Assembly (NCBI GenBank): GCA_029717555.1
Contig: JAMDHS010000066.1
Coordinates: forward strand, 62,001-119,350
Direction of reading: 5' to 3'
Origin: Peribolospora baueri
Taxonomy: Eukaryota
DNA: 57,350 nt
The notes under the pieces are model-generated. The model had not been told where the DNA came from and ran no database searches. It saw nothing but the letters and a program-made list of their open reading frames with translations. Positions 23,998 through 34,915 of this stretch are shown piece by piece (position 1 is the first letter of the stretch; each line of letters begins with the position of its first letter). The position numbers and the translations under genes were made by a program.

Positions 23998-26900
23998 ATG
24001 CAACGGACGGAACGTGGCTTCTACTCTCTATAAGTAGCAATCCATCACGTCGGTCCATGAGACTGTTTACCGGAGCCTGACGAAGTATCTTCTTCTCGTT
24101 TGTTCGAAAATACACGCACCATCAGAGGGTCGCGCTGGACATCGATTTCGCCGGTGCTTTGCGAGTGAGCTCTTCTTTGCGTGGCTTTCAACCTGGTTTT
24201 TCGACTTGTTTCGCTCTTGCTGATCTTGCCAACCGCGTTTCTGTTGCCTTTTTTCTTGCGCTTCACTACCCTGAAGGGATGGACGGATGTTACCATCATC
24301 CCGTACTCGACCGCCATCAGAAGTGTGCACCTCAACTGCCGCCAGCTGAGTGAGTCTACCGATGAGTGAATGTCAGATTCCAAGTCCGACTCATTCAGGT
24401 TTCCCCACGGGTCCGTCACTTTCCGCCACCAGCCATCCATCGTGTTATTTGCAACGGCGTCAGCTGTGACTACTCGTACGATGATCCTTTAACACGCTTT
24501 GGTTTAACCAATCCAAGTGATCCCAAAACCCACCCCGAAGCAAAGCGGAAGGTTTACACCGCTCTGAACGAAGGAGCTGAGGGCGAACTCAGCATCGCCT
24601 TACCTCCAGGGGTATTCTCTCGCACAACAGGGCAGAATGTTGCCGACCGTTTTGGATCCGATGGTAAGGAGGCCAGATCAACCGTCAGATACTGTTTGCG
24701 GTGGTGATCCATGACTTACTCGGCGTTTCCCTTTTAAAACAGCTGCTCTTGAAATTGCCACATCGAATGGCAACGTCGGTAATGGCAGCTCGGCTCTCGC
24801 GCTAGAGCTTACGCCTGTCACGATACGGATTGAGTATTTCCTGCGCAACCCCGTCGACGGAATCCAATTCGTCTTGCCGACCGAGCGAGCGCGCTCCGTG
24901 AGTATCATGCAAAGCACGCCTCATGGACTTGATAACAGCTGAGCACAGGCACGCTGGCTTTGGCATGATCCATCGGCTACTTTTCCCAGGGTTTGTATGA
25001 GATCTGACACTTTTCTTCATCGTTGCTAATGATGTCTCGTTAAACAGCAGTTACCGCACTTGTTCACCTCCACAATAACTCCGGAGTCGGCCCGTTCCTG
25101 GGTCCCATGCATCGATAGTTTGTGGGAGCGGTGCACGTGGGAGTTTGAGTTCGTTGTTCCACGCCAACTCAGGCTCACGGCCGAGGAATTAGGAGAAGGG
25201 ATCGCGGCGGAGCAGGCTTCTGAGGTGCTTGTGGTATGCAGTGGGGAGTTGACCGAGCAAGTGAGTAATTCTCCCTCATCGATGATCGTCTGGAGCACAT
25301 GCAAAGGCGTTCGTTTGACGATTGTGGCACGTCAATTGCAGGTTATTCATCCATTTAACCCGAACAAAAGCATCTATCGCTTTTCCCAAGCACTGCCGAC
25401 GTCTGTTCAACATATCGCATTCGCTGCTGGACCTTTCCAAGCGCATGTTCTGACGAATCGATCGAAGAAGGATGGAGAGAATTTCGACGCTTGTACTTCA
25501 GGACGACAGTTGATGGCTTTCTGCCTGCCAGGGCGGCAGGGCGACCTCCTGGAGTCCGTTGGCTTCCTAGGGCAAGCCATGGATTTCTACAGCCGCGAAT
25601 TTGGATCGTACCCGTTCGGCTCTTTCAAGGTTGTCTTCGTTGATGAGCCCGTGGCGCCGGTGCAGACATCCGCCACTCTGTCAGTTCTATCCAGCGATCT
25701 TCTTCATCCGGCGTCTGTGATCGACCAGGTCTACGAAACAAGACACGTGCTCAGCCATGCTCTCGCTTCCCAGTGGATCGGTATGAATATCATCCCTAAG
25801 GCTTATTCGGATGTCTGGCTCATCAACGGGCTCAGCCTGTACATGACCGGACTTTTCATGCGCAAGCTCTTCGGCAACAACGAATACCGGTTTCGCTTGA
25901 AGAAGGACATGAATCGACTGGTGGCCATGGATATCGGTATGCCACCTGTGAGCCAAGCTGGGCTCACTGAGCCTCCAGGGCCTTCGGTTCTGCCCTTCAT
26001 CAACCTTAAGGCGCCGCTGGTACTCCACATCTTGGACCGACGTCTCTGCAAGATCGGTTCCTCATACGGTCTCAGTCGCGTGATTCCCAAGGTTTTGTTG
26101 TCCGCGATGTCAGGGGAGCTCACCAACAACTGGCTCAGCACGCATACTTTCCTGCGTACCTGTAGGAAAGTCAGCGGCAGCGACCTAAAGCCCTTCGCGG
26201 ATCAGTGGATCTACGGCAGCGGGTGTCCGAGATTTATGTTTTCCGCTCGCTTCAACCGGAAGAAGATGACCGTCGAGATGGAGATGAATCAAGAGTGCCC
26301 TGCAGCGCAATATGCTATGGCGAATCCGGATGAGACTATGGGGTTCAATGCGGTGCAGCTTTTCGAAGTATGTTCCGACTTCCTTCAGAGCTGCTGTTGC
26401 CGAATCTGACAACAATTTTCCTTTGTCGAAATAGGGACAGATGACGGTGCGCATTCACGAGGCTGATGGAACGCCATACGAGCACGTCGTCGATATTAAG
26501 GGCGGTCACAAGCGATTCGAAGTACCGTTTAATACGAAGTACAAGCGTGTGCGGCGCAACACTAAACGTTTCCAGGCCCGGCAAGCGGCCGCTGCGGCCG
26601 CCGCGGCCGGCGATGCAGAAGCAGCGGAAGCTATGGGTATGATTGATTTTGGGTTCGGCCTCGGCATGTGGGAGCAAGAGGAAGAACGCGAGAGGTGGCG
26701 AGTGGCGGACTGGACAGAGGAGGACGAGGCACAGATGTCTTCGGCAACGTACGAGTGGATCCGAATCGACGCGGACTTCGAATGGATCACCACCATAATC
26801 TTCGACCAACCCGATCACATGTGGATCTCTCAGCTCCAGAGAGACCGAGACGTCGTCGCTCAGCTAGAAGCTGTCCATGCCCTCGCGCAGATGCCATCGC

Positions 26901-29784
26901 CGATTGTTTCCAGCCATCTGGCCAAGACTGCTCTCGTGACCAACTATTTCTTCCGAGTGCGGACAGAGGCAGTTGCTGCTCTCGTCTCGGTAAGCTTCTG
27001 CGCTTTGACACCCGCTATTGACGCCACCCGACATTGCTGACGTTTTTGGCGTTGACTTCGCAGTGTGCTACGCCAATCTGCGATTATCTGGGCCTGTTTC
27101 ACCTTCTAAAGTTGTTCCAAAGCAGATTCTGCTACGAGCCGGAGCAAGAGACGGTGGACGTATTCGACTTCAAGTGCATACCCAAAGCGAATGATTTCAG
27201 TGACATCGCAGAGTACTTTCTTCAGAAGGTAAGCTCGGCGTCGAGGAGGCAAAGATGCCGTCCACGTAGATGCTAATGCAGCAAGACAATGATGAATTTA
27301 TGCTACCGCTTCTCTCGGACAGGCGATCGTCGCCGCCGTTTCACGCGTGAGGGACGAGAGCGGCAGAACCTACCCCATTGTTCGCCGATTCCTCCTCGAC
27401 CTCCTCCGGTACAACGACAACTCCTTCAATCGGTTCTCCGACGCTTACTACGTCGCTACTGTGATATCTGCGCTCGCTTCATCGCTCATACCTCATGACA
27501 CGTTGCGAAGCCAGTTGACGACGAGCAGTCACCTGGAGGACCCTCAAGATAGCCAGATTCTTGGTGCTGCTCTTGAGGAAATGGAACGATATGAGGATTT
27601 GGACAGGCTTGTCCCATCGTTTCACAATGTTATCACTATCGCCGCGCTCGAGGTGGGTGGGGAAAGGCGTCGAAACCCTCAATGAGATTACATCATGCTG
27701 ACCCTGCTGTGGTTCCTATGTTGCAGGCCGAAGTGACTCTAATGTTAGCCAACGTTATCCCCACCGATTTGAAACCCTTCATTGCGGCATCACGGTAAGT
27801 AGTCTGATTAGGGCCGTCGTCGATTTGAGACCTAACTTGAACATCCTTGGTGTCTCTTCGCAGGGAGGGCAATTTTACTCCTGTTCGCATTGCTGCTCTG
27901 GATTGCATACTCCTTGCACGCGGACTACGGCTTAAGGCGGTCAATCGATACCTCTTCTCATTGCTGCGGAACGACCCTTCTTTGATCCTGCGTCGGCATT
28001 TGGCCAGGAGCATGTGCGACTCGTTGGCCGTCGGCTTGGCAAATGGAGACTTCGGAGCGTTCCCGGCACGGGACGCGATGCTGCTGGAAGACAATGGTTC
28101 GTCGGCGTCATCGGTCGACTTGTCACTCAAGGTTGAACAACTCGTGAAGGACGTCCGTCGTGATGTGGGGAGAGCGAGCTCTGTTAGAGAGGGCTTCTTG
28201 TCGTGCCTGTTGTGAGCATCAATGGATCTCGGGTCCACGCGCTTGGAGACCTTTTTGGCAGGCGGGGATTTACTGATCAGCCTTTTGCCTGCATTTTTAT
28301 AGAGCCGACGACACCGATCCTGAAACACGCTGGGTTCTGCTCAAAATGGCTGATATCCTCTTCAAGCCGGCAGAAGAGAGCCTTCCGAAGGTGCAAGTCC
28401 GGGTACGCTTGCCACCAGCTCCTGAGCAGACGACGACATCGACACCATCCATACCCCCTGCTCCGACTTCACGTCCCGTAACATTAAAATTAGCCCCAGG
28501 GAAACTAGCAAGCCGGAAATCCGCATCGTCTTCTGAGCAGCGTGTCACTGTTAAACCGCCTCCGGCTGAGCGAGCCGTAACTCCAGCTCCGGCCCCGGCC
28601 CCTTCTCCTCCACGTCCCGTTACTCTGAAAGTCTTGCCTAGTAAGCAGGCCAAGAAAAACTCGGCGCCACCCAAGCCGGCCCCCGAGGAACCGCCTTCCA
28701 AGGAACAAGCAGCACCGTCGGCACCGCCTGTATCACCTGCTTCACCTCCACGTGTTAAAGTGTCGCCAGGAAAGCAAGCCAACAAGGACTCCGCAACGTC
28801 GTCTGAGGAGCCGGCGTCCAAGAAGAAGAGCCGACCGGCGAAGCCGCGCAAGGCTGTGGAGACGAAAAAGACCGATTGGGTGCAGAAAGCGCCTTTCAAC
28901 GCCAAGCGGGTTAAGCCTGTGCTTAAAATTCTACAGAACCACCCTGAGTCGGTCTTATTCTTGAGGCCGGTGGATCCCGTCGCAGATGGTTGTCCAACGT
29001 AAGTCAAAGCATGAAATGCAGGAATGCTCCTGGGGTTTCCTGATCGTATGATTCCTTGTTAAACATGCGCAGGTACTACGACGAGATCAAGCAGCCAATG
29101 GATTTCGGGACGATCCAGAAGAAGCTCGATGCAGGGGAGTATTCCACGAACGACGAATTCGCATCAGACGTCCAGCTTGTGTTCGACAATTGCCGCCAAT
29201 TCAACCCACCAACCACGGATCCACACAACTGGGCGAACGACGTTGAGAAGGCTTGGCGCAAGGAATGGGCCAAAGCGCTGGTTCCTAAGCTCACGTACAG
29301 CGAGAAGCGTGCCTTACAAGGGATGCTAAGCCGGCTCAAAGGAGAACAAGGCGCCTTTCTTTTTCTGGAGCCGGTGAGTCGCGCGGCGGTCGAGCTGGTC
29401 AGAGAACGCCTTGACACGAACTTAACCAATTAAATATCCCCTTTGTCGGACCAGGTGGATCCCATCGCCCTCGGTATTCCTACCTATTTCGACGTCATTC
29501 CCAAGGAGAACGCCCGAGATCTGAAAACAATCAAGCAGAAGCTGGACGCAGATCAATACCCCACCTTTGACGCCTTCGAGGCTGATGTGCGGCTCATGCT
29601 GAACAACTGTTACACGTTCAACGTCCATTCGCCCGACATCATCGCTCTCGCGGAAGCGTTTGAGTCTGCTTTCAACAAAGCCTTCCCCGACGTACGGTCG
29701 CAATTTGAAGGCGGGCCCGTGAAAGGCAAGAGGCCGAGGAAGGATACGGAGCAGGAAGTTGCGAACAAGAAGGCCAAAGTCTAG
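23998..29784 (+). CDS. TAF2: Transcription initiation factor TFIID subunit 2 with two C-terminal bromodomains; multi-exon
   Basis: HQRVALDIDF, ARSWVPCIDSLWERCTWEFEFVVP, LFGNNEYRF, FINLKAPLVLHILDRRL, MTVRIHEADGTPYEHV, YEWIRIDADFEW, QLQRDRDVVAQLEAV. Bromodomains FLRPVDPVADGCPT|YYDEIKQPMDFGTI...NCRQFNPP and FLEP|VDPIALGIPTYFDVIP...NCYTFN. Confidence 0.95.
24030..24115 (+). other. Predicted AT-AC intron with U2-type signals (TAF2 intron 1)
   Basis: Donor ATAAGT, branch CCTGAC, pyrimidine tract, end ...ATACAC. Removing it joins MQRTERGFYSL to HHQRVALDIDF in frame. Without it there is a TAA stop at 24031-24033. Confidence 0.7.
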
Positions 29785-31053
29785 GTTGGAGAAAGCGTAG
29801 TCATCTGCGCGGGCTATGCTCTGCGTCGGGGAGACGGACGTCTGATGCCTGTAGTGGAGCAGTCTGTCTGCCTCGTCAAGGAGAGTTCCATACGGCCGGT
29901 CGTGTACTTGTATTTGTAGTCAAACATGGAGCACGTGCTGTCCAAAAATTCTGAAGGTTGACATCGAAATCGCCGGGGCAATGAATGTGTCACGTGATGA
30001 ATTGCCTGAAGGGAGTATTCACCGAGTATCATTCATGATTCTTCCTGTTGCAAGACGCTCCCGTTGGTATTCTCGAGGTCACTTGCAGATCATCAATGGG
30101 TCGAGCCGGATGAAATGGGGAGAGAACCTTTCTCTATCTAGTCTCTCCTATCTGCGCATTGTCGAAGGTTGGCAAGGTGGTTTGGGCCATAGGCAGTTTG
30201 GACGGAATGCTCCGTGGAAGGGGCACAATGGGCTTTTCAGAGCGTCCGATGCGGAAGTCTGGTTGTTGCGTCACTGCCAGTTCACATGACGACCGCCGGC
30301 TCAGTCGCGTCGTCGAGGTCGCGAGAGGCAGTGAAGAGGCAGTGCAGTGCGAAGTGCTCGTCGAGACGGCCGCGATGGTCAGTCACAGAGCGTCGGTGAG
30401 AATAGAAGCTACACAGTACAGCACGTTCGTACGACGCCTTTTTTTTCGTTGTCTCGCCGGTTTGCTTCCTTCATCCACCCTCCACCATCCTTCCCTGCGT
30501 CCCATCCATCCATCCTCGTCGACCTCCGCCTCGCCTCGCCTTCTTCGCGCGCCCGACGCCGAACGCCGGCGGCATTGACACTTCCTCCGCCGACTAGACC
30601 CGCCTAGCCCCGGCGCTAGCGACGGCCAGCCAAGCGTCCCTGCTCGCTCCGCTTTCGTCGACTTGGCGCGCCCCTCTTCTCCTTGCCCGCGCCGTCCCAA
30701 CATTGTCCCGACTCACTCGTCGACCTCGCCAGCAACCAAGGCTAACTGCCTTCATCGTTCCCCGCTCGTCCCAGCACACCTTCTCGGCACGTCGTCTTCT
30801 CTTCGTCTCCTCGCCGCCTCACGAGTCACGCACGGCCTTTCCCCGCCACAAGCTTGCAGACGTGTCTGACACGCCTCGTCACCTTCACGACCTTCGCGTC
30901 TTCCCCGTCACAGCCAGCGCACTCCCGGGTCGGCACGTGAACGCTGCTACTCTCCCTCGACATACGTCTGGCCGGCGCGCTCTGCGCTGTGTACACTTTA
31001 CCACCATTGTCCAGCTGCTCTCTTGGCGCCTCTTTCGGAGAGCGAATTGAAAG

Positions 31054-32785
31054 ATGAATAGGGGCGGCTCTGGCGCGTCGTTCGACTTTCGGTGAGCTCG
31101 GCTGGTTTCCCCATCTTGTGGCGCACTTGCCTCGACTAGGCTCCCCTCAGCGGTATTGCGTTGCTTGATCGCTCACTCGCTCCCTCGCTTTTTTTACAGC
31201 CCCGTCTTGTCTCATCCCGTCCTCCTCGTAACTCTCGTCCTAGGAGTGGTAAGTAACTCTCCTCTCTACCTTTAGCCGCCTTCTTTATTCTCAACGCAGT
31301 TTTCTCATGGACGTTAATGTGATGCTTCATCCATTTTCCCCTCTTCATGTAGCCGGGATGGCTCGTCGCCTTCGTAGGCATGATTGTGGCTGAAGCCGAT
31401 AGTGAGCATCTCATGGAACCTCGAGCGTGCAAGCAGCGACTGCGTTTCGGCGTCTCATCGCAATATTCCCTTGCTCACCTCGTCTAAATCGATTTGCTCG
31501 CAGCGCCCGGCTCGACACTGCATACGCTGTGGTTTGGGATCTTCCTTGAGCTATTCTACATGGTTGGCATCATTTTAACATTGGGTACGGATTCGATCGC
31601 GACCAACCGTCTTCAGGTGCGTGTTACACCCTCGTATTAGCCTCACGGTCGATTCGTCCGTATGAAACCGGTCCCCATTTTTGACACCACTCCTTTGTCG
31701 GCGATTTCGCAGCTATCCGTTTTTGGCGCCGTTGCTATCGTGTTCTCCGTTTCTGGCATCGACAGAGGCATCTACAGCGGCGTCACCGCCTTCGAGGCTC
31801 TCGCTGCCGGATGGTTCTTGCTTACAGTGTCTAACGTGAGTACGGTTGTTCCGGTTCAAGAGCACGCCGTTCGTCATCAGCGCCCTATCTTGAAGTTCGG
31901 ACCTAGTCTTGGACGCTTGCTGAATTTGGTCGTTGGTGTCCTACTATAGATTTTGTGGACGCTTTACTTCACCTCAGACGAGGATTCGGCCATGTACGCC
32001 CTCCTCAATTCGTTCGGCAACGGTGGTCTATCTCCGCCTTCTCGCGGCGTGAGACGCGGTAACCGTGCCTCGTCTATGGTCGGCATTGGAAATGGCGGCG
32101 CGTACTCTGGCGCGTACTCCGGTGGTACCTTCCCCAACTCCTTCGCAAACCCCTCGGTGGCGGACATCAACGGTAGCGCCCCTAGCGGTCTTGGTGGTGC
32201 TCCAAGCATGGGCGGCGGAAAGACCAGTACGAGCATCAGGAGCGGCAATGTAGGCCCGATCGGTGGTGGAAGGGAAGATGCGGCTGTGGGCCCAGGCGGT
32301 GGACAGTCGCTCATGGGCAACGCCCAACAAGAAGGGGACGTTTCGGGCCAAGGCGACTATGGCTATAAAGCCAAAGCCCTCTATGCATGTGAGTATCCGG
32401 AACCTTCCTTGCCTTCACCAACTTGGACCAGCGCTTGACTCTGCAACAAGCGCGTGTTATGGTCTTACGATGGCCATGGCGACCTTGGCATGGCTCCCAA
32501 TCTTCAATTTGCTAACCTCACGTCACTATCTTCTCTTCCTCTTCCCTGACCCATTAAGACACTGCCTCTGCTGACGATCCAAACGAGATTTCCTTCGCCA
32601 AGGGCGAGATTCTCGAAATTGTCGACAACTCTGGTGAGCGCGCGAGGTATCAGATACACGTGTCTTCTGACTGCTTGACTCATCCAGACCGTCTCCTTCC
32701 TTGCGTTCCAGGCAAGTGGTGGCAAGCTCGAAAAGCTGATGGCGCGACTGGTATCGTACCGTCGAACTACCTGCAAATCATCTAG
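31054..32785 (+). CDS. SHO1: High-osmolarity signalling protein Sho1 (four TM segments plus C-terminal SH3); multi-exon
   Basis: [61 protein letters not shown]3: [57 protein letters not shown]. Confidence 0.95.
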
Positions 32786-33311
32786 TGGACATTTCGCTCC
32801 TGCGACTTCTCCCCTTCCCACCTAGTCTTTCCTCCATCCGTCGTCCAATGCGGAGACGACATAGTCACCCACGTTCTTTGTCTTTGTTTGCTATTTAGGT
32901 GCCCGTCCTTTTCTCGCATCCGTTTTGCCTCGAATCCTTTCTCTCGTGTTTCTTTGGTTTCCCATACTCATCTTCCATCGATTTGACCGTGTTCTCATAT
33001 CCTCCGTAGTCGTCGTTTCCGTCGCTCCTTTTGCGCGGCCGCTGGGGCAACTGTGCTCGATATTGTGTCTCGTTCCACGACTTGGTCACCTCTCGCAGAG
33101 CAATCGAAAATGTTGATGTAAACACATCCTGTCGAGCCTGGCCGGTTGCGTTCGGCAATGACCGACTTGGACGCTGCGGCTTGCGCTACTCTTTTTCTTC
33201 ACCTTGGATGTATGAACTCCTACGCTCCCGCTACTTTTAAGTCGAACAATCATCACTGTAGATACACCTTAGCTAACAGTTCTGCCGCTCCGTAAGCACC
33301 TATCTCCAACA

Positions 33312-33323
33312 GGCTATGAGCCC
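33312..33323 (+). other. Primer-binding site of the Ty5/copia half-tRNA(iMet) type
   Basis: GGCTATGAGCCC directly after the LTR-terminal CA; one mismatch from the Ty5-type GGTTATGAGCCC. Confidence 0.8.
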
Positions 33324-34765
33324 AGAGCTTCTTACCCTAGTCAGCAAGTCAAGGAACTCAAGTGCCAACATGTCGACTCAAAACGAGGAGAAGGACACCA
33401 AGTGGCAGACGAGGATGGAAAGGAAGCTGAAGAGCGCTACGGGCGTGAAAAACGGATTCCTTCAGACGGTACCAACGTTGACGGAGTCGAACTATACACA
33501 ATGGGCAGCAAGCATCATATGGGTACTGCAAGGCGCTGGGCTTTGGTTTTTAGTAGACCCAGACGGCCCGGAAGTCGACATCCACAAGATCGTTGAGAAG
33601 TACGCTGAAGAAAAAGAACGGGAGGATCGAACAGACCAGTGCGAGCGAGTCCCTCCTACAAGCGCAGACTGTAATAATGGCGACGGTGGAAGCCTCTCAG
33701 GACGGACATATGCAAGAACCAGCTCTCCAGTGAGTTAAGGGCGCCTAGGCACGATGGAAGGGAGTCAAATGCAAAATTTCTTCAATCGCGTGACCGGACT
33801 CTACAAGGAGTTCAAGGCCATCGATGGTAACATGACCAACGATGAATTTGTCTATTTGCTCTTTGACGTGATGCCGAAGGGATTCGAGCTCGCAATACAA
33901 TCCTGGGAGGCGCACGCGATTTCCATTGGCTCGCCAACACCGGATGAAGTAATTGGGACTTGCATCGAGATCGACAGACGACGAAGGGCAGGCAAGACGT
34001 CAAGCCCAGCTGTTGGCATCGAAGCCGCCATGGTCGCCTCGGAGCCAAGCAAAAGAAACAAGAAGGCCAAGTTCAAGGGCAAGTGTCACCACTGCGGGAA
34101 GATGGGACACAAGATGGCCGATTGTTGAAAGAGAAATGGCGAAAAGGATACGAAGGATAAGGCTCAAATCGCTTATTATCCGGTTATCGCCGCCCGCTCT
34201 AAGCTTCAGTGGGACGGAGACACCCAGAAGGACGACTGGGTTCTCGACAGCGGCGCCACCAGGCACATAGCGAACGGCATGCGCTGGTTCGGGCGGTACC
34301 AAGTGTTTGGGGTTGCACGCCGAGTTACTGTCGGCAACGATGCAACACTTGTGGTTCCAGGCTCGGGAAAAGGTCACTTCACCTTTCCCGATGGGCGCTC
34401 AGGGACGACCAGCAATGTGCTATACGTACCAGGGCTGGTTCCCAACCTCATCTCGGTTCGCCAGCTCGAAGCGCGGCTTTGTCGTTGAGGCGCGGGTTGA
34501 CGTCATCAAAATCAAGACCAAGGGAGAGAAGAAAGCCTTTCCTGTACGTGCCCAAGGAGAGCAGTACAAATTGGGCTTCAGGCCTTCAGATGGCAATCGC
34601 CCCGAGAAAGCCCTCGATGCTCAAGAGTCGGTCGAGACTGGACCGATTCAGGCCGAGAGTAATTCCGACGGGAGCGATACCAGCACCGACACCGAGGATG
34701 CGGATGAACAGCGCCCCGCAGAGGCGCAGAACGGCTATGCTCTCAAGGTCCTCCGATCTGATAGT

Positions 34766-34915
34766 GGGAGTGTTGGAAAGGTCAAGGATCACCGTGGGAC
34801 GATGGGAACGCCTCAGGGAGACCAGAGTTCGGTGGGAACCCCCAGGATGGATCAGGGTCCTGTAGCGACACCTGAGAACAGCCATGGATGGGTGGGAGCG
34901 CCTGATGAGGATCGG
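34766..34915 (+). repeat. Five degenerate 30-nt (10-aa) repeats inside the retroelement
   Basis: GSVGKVKDHR / GTMGTPQGDQ / SSVGTPRMDQ / GPVATPENSH / GWVGAPDEDR. Confidence 0.7.

Noticed and set aside
24030..24115. U12-type (minor spliceosome) intron
   Set aside because: The donor is ATAAGT, not ATATCCTT, and there is no TCCTTAAC branch site. The signals are U2-like.
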